This document shows positions 35,253 to 44,254 of a stretch of 64,000 nt of DNA, piece by piece. Each line of letters opens with the position of its first letter. Positions within the stretch are counted from its first letter, which is position 1. The notes beneath the pieces were generated by a model. It was given only the letters and a program-made list of their open reading frames with translations, did no database searches and had not been told where the DNA came from. Source of the stretch: Nanobdellota archaeon (lineage in GTDB: Archaea; Nanobdellota; Nanobdellia; Pacearchaeales; GW2011-AR1); the NCBI GenBank assembly GCA_038045945.1, contig JBBSXC010000004.1, positions 35,077 through 99,076 of the forward strand, written 5' to 3'. Position numbers and translations under genes: made by a program.

Positions 35253-36080
35253 TTGATAAATAATACGATGATGAATTCTAGAAAACTCGTACATTTCTTT
35301 GGGCTTAAAAGGAGTGGAAACCATGCAATAACAAACTGGATTATTAAAAATGTAGAAGCCGATAACTCTGGTGTTTCTTACTTTAATAATGTTATAGACC
35401 CGTTTTCTAATGATGGGAAAATTCTAAAACGACCCTTTAAAAAAATTAAAGATATAATTGACAACCAAAAAGGCGGACCAAAACAATTAACAATAATAAC
35501 TTATGAAGATTACAGCCTTAAAAATATCAAAACCGCAATTACGATAAAAAATCAAAGAAAAATAATGAAAAAAGGAGTCATTTCAAACATTCTCCTCATA
35601 AGAGACCCCTTTAACACATTTGCAAGTCGTATGAAAAGGATTGAAAATCTAGATAAAGAAGGATTAAAAAGACCTATTCAAAACGTAGAATGGCCAAAAG
35701 TAATAAGTTTATGGAAACAGTATGCTAAAGAATACTTAGGAATAACTAATTATTTAGAAAGAAAAATAATTGTTAATTACAATAATTGGACTAGTGATAA
35801 ATCTTACAGAGATAAAAAATTGAAGGAGATAGGGCATAAAAACATGGATTTAGGAATAGAAACAGTACCAAACCAAGGCCATGGAAGCTCATTTGACCTA
35901 TTGAGTAAAGATGGAAATGCATCATCAATGAAAGTTTTAGAAAGGTGGGAAGAATTCAAGAATATAAAAAAATATAGAGACTTGTTTAGAGATAAAGAAA
36001 TAAAAACTTTATCAGAAAAGATATTTGGGCAGATTAAAGGAACAGAAGAAATTTTTAGTTCAAACCGAAAGAATCAGTAA
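35253..36080 (+). CDS. Sulfotransferase-family-like protein
   Basis: GLKRSGNHA resembles the 5'-PSB loop and LLIRDPFNTFASR the 3'-PB motif (RDPxxxxxS) of PAPS-dependent sulfotransferases. Tentative. Confidence 0.4.
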   Translation: MINNTMMNSRKLVHFFGLKRSGNHAITNWIIKNVEADNSGVSYFNNVIDPFSNDGKILKRPFKKIKDIIDNQKGGPKQLTIITYEDYSLKNIKTAITIKNQRKIMKKGVISNILLIRDPFNTFASRMKRIENLDKEGLKRPIQNVEWPKVISLWKQYAKEYLGITNYLERKIIVNYNNWTSDKSYRDKKLKEIGHKNMDLGIETVPNQGHGSSFDLLSKDGNASSMKVLERWEEFKNIKKYRDLFRDKEIKTLSEKIFGQIKGTEEIFSSNRKNQ

Positions 36081-36097
36081 AAGAAGCTTAACTAGCG

Positions 36098-36379
36098 TTA
36101 GTTCAGTCCAAAACTATCAGTAAACTCCATTACTAGCTTATACTTAGACAAATACTCATCACCCTTACGAGTTATCTCATAAGTACGAGTCTTACCATCA
36201 GGAAGATTAATTTGCTTAATGAAACCCTTACTAATAAGCTCCTCTAAATAATCAGACATCATACTATAAGAAAGATTAGACTTATACAAGATATGAGTAG
36301 GTTTAATACGACCACTCTTAAGTTTGATTAATTGCAAAATGTCACGAATAATTTCCAGCTTACTTCTTTTCTTGGCCAC
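36098..36379 (-). CDS. Small winged-helix DNA-binding protein
   Basis: 93 aa, typical archaeal wHTH pattern (MMSDYLEELISKGFIKQINLPDGKTRTYEITRKG). Overlaps the upstream membrane protein gene by 20 nt. Confidence 0.5.
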   Translation of the reverse strand: MAKKRSKLEIIRDILQLIKLKSGRIKPTHILYKSNLSYSMMSDYLEELISKGFIKQINLPDGKTRTYEITRKGDEYLSKYKLVMEFTDSFGLN

Positions 36380-37037
36380 TTTTCAACACCGTTAAAAGAT
36401 TTATTAGGAGAACACCATAACCTAAAAGTTCTACACTATGACCAATCATATAATGTAAATAACTATCAGCACTGAAGAATAATTCTAATCTGCCAATAAG
36501 AATTAGAAGGAAAGAAATGAATGTTAATAACCTTCTAACATTCCTTCTTCTGAAGTATTCTAAGTAGTAATGAACAAGCATCATAAAGACTAAAAATATT
36601 GAAACATAATAAAAAGCCACGGCTTTATTAGCACTCAAATAAACCGTTAGCAAGCTTAAACCGATAAGTAAAACATAATTTCTTAAGCCCTTAGACTTAA
36701 AGGTAGCATAATTAAGAGTGACCCAACCAATGATTAACAAAACAAAGTAAGAAACAAGAAGAGTGGCACCAAGAGTTTGAATACGAGAAACCTTCAAAGC
36801 AGAAATACCACCACCAGCCCCTGTAAGCATAACTAAATTAAGAATGGACCATAAAAGGTAAGAAATAGCAATAGATAAGAAACCAAGACTGAAAAACTTA
36901 ACTTCTCTCTCATTACTAATTTTGTAAACCTTCCAAGAGATGAAAGCGATACCAAAAGAAACAAGAGTAATGATAAGCTCCATAAGAATTGAGATATTAA
37001 TAAACCACTCCGGGATAAGGTACAGTTGAACCATCAA
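36360..37037 (-). CDS. Polytopic membrane protein of unknown function
   Basis: 225 aa, about seven hydrophobic helices. Confidence 0.5.
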   Translation of the reverse strand: MMVQLYLIPEWFINISILMELIITLVSFGIAFISWKVYKISNEREVKFFSLGFLSIAISYLLWSILNLVMLTGAGGGISALKVSRIQTLGATLLVSYFVLLIIGWVTLNYATFKSKGLRNYVLLIGLSLLTVYLSANKAVAFYYVSIFLVFMMLVHYYLEYFRRRNVRRLLTFISFLLILIGRLELFFSADSYLHYMIGHSVELLGYGVLLINLLTVLKSGQEKK

Positions 37038-37208
37038 ATAAGAGTTAAGAACTAATATTTAAGCATTATGTAAGAACCATCTAGAAATAGAATCACTATT
37101 ATTCTTTAATAATCGCTTTAAAAAGGAAAACCTTAACCATTTTAGGAAAAAGAACAAGAGGCGAACAATATGCACAAACAAACAACATAAAAAAAAGATT
37201 GTGAGAAA

Positions 37209-37227
37209 GAAAACATCACAAATCATA
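37209..37227 (+). repeat. 19-nt direct repeat copy 1 (GAAAACATCACAAATCATA)
   Basis: Identical 18-19-mer recurs at 37295-37313. Confidence 0.5.
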
Positions 37228-37252
37228 CTCAACATAACCCTTTTCACAGATC

Positions 37253-37393
37253 ACGCTCAGGGGGGCAGAATATCGCCCCCTTCGTGTTTTGTAGGAAAAC
37301 ATCACAAATCATAATAAATCCAGGATTACCCGGATTTAAAAAATCAACACCACCTTTTCCCCACCAAACCCCTCGAAAGAGGGGAGGACGGGG
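37253..37393. other. GC-rich structured intergenic element (candidate small RNA or regulatory structure)
   Basis: Nested or tandem perfect hairpins: CACG-CTCA-GGGGGGC/AGAATATC/GCCCCC-TT-CGTG (37253-37287), AAATCC/.../GGATTT (37317-37338), CCCCTC/GAAA/GAGGGG nested in AAACCCC...GGGGTTT (37367-37396). This stands out in an otherwise A-rich 400-nt divergent intergenic region. The two reverse ORFs listed here are probably not coding. Confidence 0.3.
37295..37313 (+). repeat. 19-nt direct repeat copy 2
   Basis: Identical to 37209-37227. 67-nt GC-rich hairpin in between. Confidence 0.5.
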
Positions 37394-37443
37394 TTTTACA
37401 GCAGAAAAAATAGGCTTAAAAACTTCTAACAACTAACACTTTA

Positions 37444-38166
37444 ATGAGTAAAGAATGGCACGAATTAGGACAACACGAACTAAAAAACCCTAGTTTATTC
37501 CAGCCTTACTTGGATAATAATGATGAAGTATTAGAAATAGGGGCAGGAAGAGGAGGAATAACAACAATTCTAGCAAAAAATTGCAAGAAAGTCTTATCAT
37601 TCGAAATAGACAAGGCTTATGAGGAAGAATTAGCGAAAATTTCTGGTAAGAACACAAAAATTATTTTAGGAGACTGTTTAGACTACGATTGGATAGGAGT
37701 CAAAAAAATTGTTTCAAACCTACCATTCCACTTAGCAGAACCAGTAATAAAAAAAGCGATAAGATCAGAAATACCAGAATTATTACTGTTATTATCAGAA
37801 AAATCAAGATACAAACTATTATCAGATGAAGATTTTGGATTCATAATAAGAAAATATTATGATACAGAAGTATTAGAAGAAGTAACGCCAGGGAATTATG
37901 AACCAGAACCAAGCACAACAACATGGCTAATAAGAATGAAAAAAAGAGAGAATACAGGAGAAAACGATAAAATAATCCTAAATGTCTATTTAGGAAAGGG
38001 AAAAATAAAGAATTCAATAATAAAATCATTAGTTAGTATTGGGATGACAAAGAATCAGGCTAGAGAAAAGATAACAAGCATGAAAATGAGTGAAGTTACA
38101 CTGGACAAACAGTGCAACAAAGCAACAATAAAACTCCTAAAAATTATTAATAAAAAGTTAGAGTAA
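37444..38166 (+). CDS. ksgA: 16S rRNA (adenine1518/1519-N6)-dimethyltransferase KsgA/Dim1
   Basis: GQHELKN (GQHFL), SAM-binding VLEIGAGRGGITTIL, and SNLPFHLAEPVI (NLPY motif). Confidence 0.8.
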   Translation: MSKEWHELGQHELKNPSLFQPYLDNNDEVLEIGAGRGGITTILAKNCKKVLSFEIDKAYEEELAKISGKNTKIILGDCLDYDWIGVKKIVSNLPFHLAEPVIKKAIRSEIPELLLLLSEKSRYKLLSDEDFGFIIRKYYDTEVLEEVTPGNYEPEPSTTTWLIRMKKRENTGENDKIILNVYLGKGKIKNSIIKSLVSIGMTKNQAREKITSMKMSEVTLDKQCNKATIKLLKIINKKLE

Positions 38167-38197
38167 AAAAAGAAAAGAAAAAAATAAAAATTCTTAT

Positions 38198-38380
38198 TTA
38201 CTCAGCGTCTTCTACAGATTCGCCATCTTCTAACTGCGAAATTCTTTCAGCGATACCCTTAGACTCTTGGTCAAGACTTTTCTTGTACTCTCTAAGCATC
38301 TCAATCTTTTCATCACGAGTCAAGAAGTTTCTACCAATAGGGAAACTACCGCAAGAACTTCCATAACAAGATCCATTCAT
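38198..38380 (-). CDS. Small Cys-containing coiled-coil protein
   Basis: 60 aa. Strong SD GGAGGT 8 nt upstream. N-terminal CYGSSCGS. Divergent from the PadR gene. Confidence 0.4.
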   Translation of the reverse strand: MNGSCYGSSCGSFPIGRNFLTRDEKIEMLREYKKSLDQESKGIAERISQLEDGESVEDAE

Positions 38381-38463
38381 ATTTTTTTAACCTCCTGTAC
38401 ATATCGTACATACGATAATAGAAATTAGTTATATTTAAATATATCGGTCATCCAATAAGAAGG

Positions 38464-38766
38464 ATGGATAAAAGAGACAAAAATAATTGTTGCGACATGA
38501 GAGGATTCTTATCTTTCCTCATACTCTTTATCCTATCAAAGGATAATTTGAGCGGCCAAGAAATTGCAAAAGAGCTTGAAAAGAGAAGAGGAGACAAACC
38601 AAGCCCAGGAACGATTTATCCCGCCCTTAAGTCGTTAAAGGATTGCGGATGGATTAGCGAAAAGAAGAGCGGCAAATCTATTATTTATACATTAACCACT
38701 AAAGGTAAGTCTGTTCTCAAAGAAGCTAAGGCTCAGTTTTGTAGAACATTTACAGACATATTCTAA
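38464..38766 (+). CDS. PadR-family transcriptional regulator
   Basis: GFLSFLILFILSKDNLSGQEIAKELEKRRGDKPSPGTIYPALKSLKDCGWI is the PadR wHTH signature. Confidence 0.7.
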   Translation: MDKRDKNNCCDMRGFLSFLILFILSKDNLSGQEIAKELEKRRGDKPSPGTIYPALKSLKDCGWISEKKSGKSIIYTLTTKGKSVLKEAKAQFCRTFTDIF

Positions 38767-38772
38767 AAATTA

Positions 38773-39120
38773 TTATAAGTTACTGCAACCGTCCGCTTGT
38801 CGATCCGTGTGACCACACTTAGCACACTTGAACAAGTACACGTTTGATTCATCTCCTAAGAATGCTCCCAAGTCTTTTACGTATCCTTCTCCGTGACCAC
38901 ACTTACTACAAACATGAGGGAATACTCCTTCTGCCGGAGCAGAGTTAGAATCAGCCACTTCCTTACTTACATGAGGCTTAGCTTCTGTTTTATTTTTTGC
39001 TATTACTCCCGATAATAATAGTTTTGCCTTTCCGCAAGTGCAGCTAGCTGTTGCGAAACCACCATTCTTTAAAACAGTCATTATTTTTCCACATTCATCA
39101 CAAAAATGCATTGCTGACAT
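38773..39120 (-). CDS. tfs: Transcription factor S / RpoM-like (TFIIS-type zinc ribbon)
   Basis: N-terminal CDECGKIM...CTCGK ribbon. C-terminal CSKCGHGEGY...DES..YLFKCAKCGH matches the TFIIS C-terminal ribbon with its acidic loop. Confidence 0.6.
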   Translation of the reverse strand: MSAMHFCDECGKIMTVLKNGGFATASCTCGKAKLLLSGVIAKNKTEAKPHVSKEVADSNSAPAEGVFPHVCSKCGHGEGYVKDLGAFLGDESNVYLFKCAKCGHTDRQADGCSNL

Positions 39121-39230
39121 CTTGTGAATTACAAAAACAAGGTTTAAAGATTCTCCGAATCTTGAGACCTAAAAATTGCAAATGATGAGCAATATTAAGG
39201 TTTAAATATCTCTCTTGCGATTTTCTCGTA

Positions 39231-39614
39231 ATGGTACTTGATACTTTCAGAAACTTTGCTATTGCTATACTAATATTTATTATGCTTGATGGAGTATGGC
39301 TTGGTCTGATAATTAAACCGACTTATAGCAAGCTCCTTAATAAATTCAAACTAAAGAAGATTAATCTCTTATCAGCCCTTATTGCTTACTCATTCTTAGC
39401 TTTAGGTATTGCATTGTTTGTTATTCCTAGAGTTATTACTCCCCTTCCAGCTTTCTTTTTCGGTGTTATTTTCGGGCTAATAATTTATGGGTTTTACAAC
39501 TTTACTAACTTCGCCATTTTTGATGGTTACGAGTTTTCATTCTTAGCTATTGATGTTTTGTGGGGCGCTATTGCTAGCGGTATAACAAGCATACTCGTGT
39601 TTTTATCAATTTAA
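39231..39614 (+). CDS. Small membrane protein of unknown function
   Basis: 127 aa, four hydrophobic helices. Confidence 0.45.
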   Translation: MVLDTFRNFAIAILIFIMLDGVWLGLIIKPTYSKLLNKFKLKKINLLSALIAYSFLALGIALFVIPRVITPLPAFFFGVIFGLIIYGFYNFTNFAIFDGYEFSFLAIDVLWGAIASGITSILVFLSI

Positions 39615-39674
39615 AACTATTAATTCTTAAGTAATAACGTCGATTATTTATACTTTCTACCTAATTATTATATA

Positions 39675-40253
39675 ATGGAAGCAAGTAAAGACTTAGCATT
39701 ATTTTTAGGAATGTTATGCGGAGATGGATGGCTGTCACTTGTTACAAGAGGGGATGGTTATCATAATCACAAAGTATGCTTTTGCAATACAGATGTAGTC
39801 GTTATTAATAACTTTAAAGACTTATTTTTTAAAATATTTGGTGCTAAGATCAACACATATATCAGAAAAAGGCCCCTTAGAAAAAAGATTTTTGAGCTCT
39901 CCTCATATTCAAGAGAAGTTTTCAGTAAGATTAAGGAAATGGGCTTTCCTATTGGGGTTAAGCGGGATGTTCTAAGAATTCCCGAGATAGTAAGAAATGG
40001 TTCCAATCAGGAGAAGCTAACTTTTATTTTTGGCCTCTATTTAACTGATGGTTGTCTGAAGAAAGATAACTTTATTCATTTTCACTCTGGGAGTAAGTTA
40101 CTATTAGAAGATGTTTCTGAAATTGTGAACGAGTTATTCAAGGACAAAAGAGTAGTAAAATCTTACATACAACAACAGAAATATACCTCTTATCAATTAG
40201 GTTTAAATAAGGAAGAAACTCGAATGATATTATCGTGTGCCCACATCGCGTAA
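39675..40253 (+). CDS. Free-standing double-motif LAGLIDADG endonuclease-like protein
   Basis: First motif LALFLGMLCGDGWL, second FIFGLYLTDGCL. ~190 aa, the size of single-chain LAGLIDADG enzymes. The last 15 nt including the stop lie inside the 5' end of tRNA-Ser(TGA) on the same strand. Confidence 0.6.
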   Translation: MEASKDLALFLGMLCGDGWLSLVTRGDGYHNHKVCFCNTDVVVINNFKDLFFKIFGAKINTYIRKRPLRKKIFELSSYSREVFSKIKEMGFPIGVKRDVLRIPEIVRNGSNQEKLTFIFGLYLTDGCLKKDNFIHFHSGSKLLLEDVSEIVNELFKDKRVVKSYIQQQKYTSYQLGLNKEETRMILSCAHIA

Positions 40254-40319
40254 TGGTATCGCACTAGTCTTGAGAACTAGGCCAGAAATGGCATCCCCGT
40301 TCAATTCGGGGTGTGGGCG
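40239..40319 (+). tRNA. tRNA-Ser (anticodon TGA), type II
   Basis: Acceptor GCCCACA/TGTGGGC. Anticodon stem CTAGT/ACTAG with loop CTTGAGA. Variable-arm hairpin GCCAGAAATGGC. T arm CCCCG-TTCAATT-CGGGG. Discriminator G. 81 nt. Confidence 0.8.
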
Positions 40320-40359
40320 TTCCCAATCATTTATAAAATAACTTTCTTAACAACAATTT

Positions 40360-40749
40360 ATGAGCTTCTTAAAATTTGGTGATGACGGAAAACTATTATT
40401 GACAGGAAGTATGAAAAGAGAGAAAGATGAAGAAGAATCAAGTATTATCTTAACAAAATTGCAAGTTAGTGAAAGTAGTCCAGCAATAGCACAACTAAAA
40501 ATAAGGTTAGGAAGGAAAATTTCTGGAGACAGGAAACTTTTCACTTCACTAAGAGAACAATGCGAAAAATATGTACAATACAAACAAGCATCATCACAAA
40601 CAAATATCACCACAACAGAGGAGGAAATAACTGTAGAGTCTAAGTCATCATGGGACATGTACACATACCTAAAAGAATTAATGATGAACATAAAAAATAA
40701 TAATTACGGGAACAAAGTAGTAGTCAGAGGAAGCTGGGCCAAGGAATAA
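40360..40749 (+). CDS. Hypothetical protein
   Basis: 129 aa, no motif recognised. Confidence 0.35.
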   Translation: MSFLKFGDDGKLLLTGSMKREKDEEESSIILTKLQVSESSPAIAQLKIRLGRKISGDRKLFTSLREQCEKYVQYKQASSQTNITTTEEEITVESKSSWDMYTYLKELMMNIKNNNYGNKVVVRGSWAKE

Positions 40750-40752
40750 TTT

Positions 40753-41172
40753 TTACAAGGACCCAGACTTATCAAACCATTCTATTGGAGTTATAAAACC
40801 AGTATCTCTCCTAAACCCCTCTATTTTATCTAAAAGTTCTTTAGCGCTATAAACTCTACCAGGAACTAAATCATACTTCTCAATGCATAATCTGTCCTTA
40901 AAACCGTCCTTTAGACAAAATGCTTCCCTTAAAGGACAGGGAGAAGATGACTCCTCACATAAAGAATCTAAACCCTTAACTATCCTAACCTCTAATTCTG
41001 GGCTACTAATAACCTTTTTGTAAGATGATTCTACAACACGACTAAATTCTTTACCATATTCTTCATTCTCTTGGAAAAAATCAGCAAAAGAGTTAAAATA
41101 ATTCCAAGCCAAATTTGCAACATGATGACCCCTCAAAGTTAAGACTTCTACCATGAAACACTGCTCAAACAA
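40753..41172 (-). CDS. Hypothetical protein
   Basis: 139 aa, soluble, His/Cys-containing. No confident family. Confidence 0.4.
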   Translation of the reverse strand: MFEQCFMVEVLTLRGHHVANLAWNYFNSFADFFQENEEYGKEFSRVVESSYKKVISSPELEVRIVKGLDSLCEESSSPCPLREAFCLKDGFKDRLCIEKYDLVPGRVYSAKELLDKIEGFRRDTGFITPIEWFDKSGSL

Positions 41173-41243
41173 TATTTAATAAACATATAGATGATTACCA
41201 AGTCACGCGACTAATTTATAAATACTAAAATAATAATCATAAA

Positions 41244-41828
41244 ATGAAAGAGATGATAAAAAGTCATAAGGGAAAGTTTATAATGGGAGTAATTATTGGG
41301 ATAATAATAATTGGGATAATAATCATGGTAAAAACAAACGAATCAGGCGTTAAAGTAAGTGAAGGAAACAAACTAGCAGTTCTAGAAACAAATTATGGAA
41401 TAATAAAGATTGAGCTTTACTCTAAAGAAATGCCGATAACAGCAGGAAATTTTGAAAGTTTAGTAAATAAAGGGTTTTATAACAACGTAATTTTCCATAG
41501 AATAATTGATGGATTCATGATACAGGGAGGAGACCCTACAGGAACAGGAATGGGAGGACCAGGATACGAAATTAAAGATGAATTCACAAGAAAAGCTTTA
41601 GATCAGAATAATAGGGGAACAATAAGTATGGCTAACGCAGGACCAAACACCGGAGGAAGCCAATTCTTCATAAACCTAGTCAATAACAACTTCCTTGATG
41701 GAAAACACCCAGTTTTCGGAAAAGTAGTAGAGGGAATGGAAGTGATAGACAAGATAGCTAAAGTACCAACAAACCAAAACGATAAGCCACTAAAAGACGT
41801 CAAGATAGAAAAAGCTTACATACAATAA
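41244..41828 (+). CDS. ppiB: Cyclophilin-type peptidyl-prolyl cis-trans isomerase, membrane-anchored
   Basis: FHRIIDGFMIQGGDPTGTGMGGPGY and SMANAGPNTGGSQFFI are the cyclophilin signatures. N-terminal TM. Confidence 0.9.
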   Translation: MKEMIKSHKGKFIMGVIIGIIIIGIIIMVKTNESGVKVSEGNKLAVLETNYGIIKIELYSKEMPITAGNFESLVNKGFYNNVIFHRIIDGFMIQGGDPTGTGMGGPGYEIKDEFTRKALDQNNRGTISMANAGPNTGGSQFFINLVNNNFLDGKHPVFGKVVEGMEVIDKIAKVPTNQNDKPLKDVKIEKAYIQ

Positions 41829-41905
41829 AAAAATTCTTTTTATAAAATTTTACAACTAGAGAAGTTTTTACAAATACAGCTCCTCTTTAAGAATAAGAAA
41901 ACTTT

Positions 41906-42256
41906 TTGTCAATAATGGCAAATAAAAACAACAGAGTAAGAGACAATGAAGGATTAGAAAGGTCTCAAGGAAGTTTTGAAAGCTCTGCTAGAGGAAGTAA
42001 CCAAGCCAGAGGACTGCAAGCAGTGGAAGTAGAGAGAGATAGTGCTATGAGCTCAGAATCAGGCACTAACAACTCAGCAGACAGACTTTACGACAATTGG
42101 CCAATGGACAAGTTGAAGCAGAAAGCTGAAAAGCTTGGAATAGTAGACATTGGAGAGATGGGAAGAAAAGAGATAATATCGGCTATTAGTGAGCTCGAGT
42201 CAGAAGATGTAGAAGTAGAAGAAGGAACATCAGACGACGATGAAGAGATGAATTAA
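41906..42256 (+). CDS. Acidic hypothetical protein
   Basis: 116 aa, disordered and acidic. Segment MDKLKQKAEKLGIVDIGEMGRKEIISAI resembles a SAP/Rho-N-like helix pair. Confidence 0.35.
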   Translation: MSIMANKNNRVRDNEGLERSQGSFESSARGSNQARGLQAVEVERDSAMSSESGTNNSADRLYDNWPMDKLKQKAEKLGIVDIGEMGRKEIISAISELESEDVEVEEGTSDDDEEMN

Positions 42257-42426
42257 GAAGAAAGCATCTATTGACACCAATAAGTCGCCCTTGATAAACC
42301 AAAAAATCTTTTTTTATTTAAATTTATTTTTAAACATACAGAAAAAGTAAAAATTTGACACCTAAACAATAAGAAGTCTTTTATTATACTAATCTCCTTT
42401 AATAAGCGAAAAACGTTAATTAACAT

Positions 42427-42591
42427 ATGGGTCTATTAGGATGGGCATTAATATTTTTGGTAGTAGCATTAATTGCTGCAGTTTTCGGATTTGGAATGGT
42501 AGCAGGAGTTGCTGGATCGATTGCTAAAGTAATATTCTTCGTGTTCTTAATATTACTAATAATATCACTTGTGAAACACCTAGCAAAATAA
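42427..42591 (+). CDS. UPF0391 (YtjA/DUF1328-like) small membrane protein
   Basis: 54 aa: [54 protein letters not shown]. Pattern WALIFL.VAL.AAV.GF matches the family. Below the ORF-track cutoff. Confidence 0.5.
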   Translation: MGLLGWALIFLVVALIAAVFGFGMVAGVAGSIAKVIFFVFLILLIISLVKHLAK

Positions 42592-42598
42592 AAAAACT

Positions 42599-43132
42599 TT
42601 AGAATTTTTTTGATATCCAGCCAACTAAAAATCCGATTGAGGCAGATACTAAGCCGATTAACATTAACCTAGAACCTTTACTAAACCATTTGCCACTATG
42701 AGTAACTTTTGATTCTAAAGCACCAGTAAGGAATAATGCTAAAGCGGTGATTATTGAAGAAACAACCATCGCATTATTAATACTAATGAAGAAGAACGGT
42801 AATAAAGGTATTAATGAACCAATTATTGATGCTATTAGAACTACCCAGGCACTCCTAAGAGGATGAATGAGCTTTTTTGACAAACTGGCGCTTACATTCA
42901 TATTTTTATAATAATCTCTTTCTGCTTCACTAGAGGTATAAGCAACAGCACTCATGGATATGCTTTCAGAAAATGTTGATGCTAAACCGGCAATAATAAC
43001 GATTCTAGAGTCACCAGTGGCTATACCTAAACCTAATGAAAGACCGAGAACCTCAACAAGCCCGTCTTGACCTCCAAGAATTAAGTCTTTAAAGAAAGCA
43101 CCAGAATCATCACCCTTAACCCTTTTATTCAT
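42599..43132 (-). CDS. VIT1/CCC1-family (vacuolar iron transporter-like) membrane protein
   Basis: LILGGQDGLVEVLGLSLGLGIA is the VIT-family signature, followed by TM helices. Confidence 0.7.
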   Translation of the reverse strand: MNKRVKGDDSGAFFKDLILGGQDGLVEVLGLSLGLGIATGDSRIVIIAGLASTFSESISMSAVAYTSSEAERDYYKNMNVSASLSKKLIHPLRSAWVVLIASIIGSLIPLLPFFFISINNAMVVSSIITALALFLTGALESKVTHSGKWFSKGSRLMLIGLVSASIGFLVGWISKKF

Positions 43133-43186
43133 GATTCTAGTAAAGAATAGAGGTATATAAAAAGGTAGCTTAACAACAAAAGGTTT

Positions 43187-44254
43187 ATGACAATAAGCGC
43201 AAGCATGATAGTTAAGAATGAATCACTATTCTTAGAAGAATGCTTAGAATCAATAAAAGACGTAGTTGATGAAATAATAATTGTTGATACTGGCTCTACT
43301 GACAACACCAAGGAAATAGCAAAAAAGTACACACAAAAGGTTTATGATTTTGAATGGTCAGGAGACTTTAGTAAAGCAAGGAATTATGCCTTAAGCAAAG
43401 CAACAAGTGATTGGGTTTTATCAATTGATGCTGATGAAAAAATATCAGTTGTTGACAAAAAAAAGTTGTTAGAATTAACAAATAATAATGAGGTTGATGC
43501 TTATTACTTAAAATGGAGAGATTACAGTAACAGTGAAGGAACTCAAGGTTGGAAGTCGAATAAAAATGATAATTATAAAGAAAACAAAGGTTTTTTAGGG
43601 TTTACAGAAACACCAGTATTAAGATTATTCAAAAATAATAGGTCTTACAAATTTGTCGGAACAATACACGAAACTATCGCAGAATCAATAAAGAACAATA
43701 ATGGAATAATTTATGATTGCGACTTGGTAATACACCACTACGGACACTTAAGAACTAAGGAAGAGCAAGACTACGCTAAGATGCTTAAGGAGAGAATTAC
43801 AAAAAAAGACTTTAATGATGAAGAAGAATACTTCATCCTTTACGAAATTGGGAGAGAATTAACAATTAAGAATAATTTAGAAGAAGCAAAAAAGTATTTC
43901 GAGTTATCAATAGAAAAAAATCCTGATTATGCACCGAGCCTATCATCACTTGGAGCAATACACATAAATTTTGGCGACATTAACAAAGCAGAATCACTAA
44001 TAAAAAAGTCCTTAATAATTAACGGTAATGACGACTCAGCACACGCAAACCTAGGGGTTATTTACTCAAAAAAAGGAGAGTATAACAAATCATTAAGAAA
44101 GTTTGAAAGAGCAATAGAGATTAACGATCAATCAGCAGACCATTACTATAATCTTGGAGTTATTTATGAGAAAATGAAAAAATCTTCTAAAGCTAAAGAT
44201 TTTTATGATAAAGCAATAGAACTTAACCCTAACTACAAAAAAATAATTGTTTAA
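43187..44254 (+). CDS. Family-2 glycosyltransferase fused to TPR repeats (paralog of 31054-32142)
   Basis: SASMIVKNESLFLEECL...DEIIIVDTGSTDNTKEIA...SIDADE, then C-terminal TPR-like repeats. Confidence 0.75.
   Translation: MTISASMIVKNESLFLEECLESIKDVVDEIIIVDTGSTDNTKEIAKKYTQKVYDFEWSGDFSKARNYALSKATSDWVLSIDADEKISVVDKKKLLELTNNNEVDAYYLKWRDYSNSEGTQGWKSNKNDNYKENKGFLGFTETPVLRLFKNNRSYKFVGTIHETIAESIKNNNGIIYDCDLVIHHYGHLRTKEEQDYAKMLKERITKKDFNDEEEYFILYEIGRELTIKNNLEEAKKYFELSIEKNPDYAPSLSSLGAIHINFGDINKAESLIKKSLIINGNDDSAHANLGVIYSKKGEYNKSLRKFERAIEINDQSADHYYNLGVIYEKMKKSSKAKDFYDKAIELNPNYKKIIV

Noticed and set aside
37059-37432. Two 62-aa reverse ORFs in the 37.0-37.4 kb intergenic region
   Set aside because: They coincide with GC-rich hairpins and direct repeats. 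A Pro/Gly/Trp-rich translation without start context is more likely a structured non-coding element.
37038-37443. Possibility that the structured intergenic element is SRP RNA or RNase P RNA
   Set aside because: No long helices or the conserved helix-8 or P4-like motifs could be traced, and the hairpins are short. Left as an unspecified candidate RNA.
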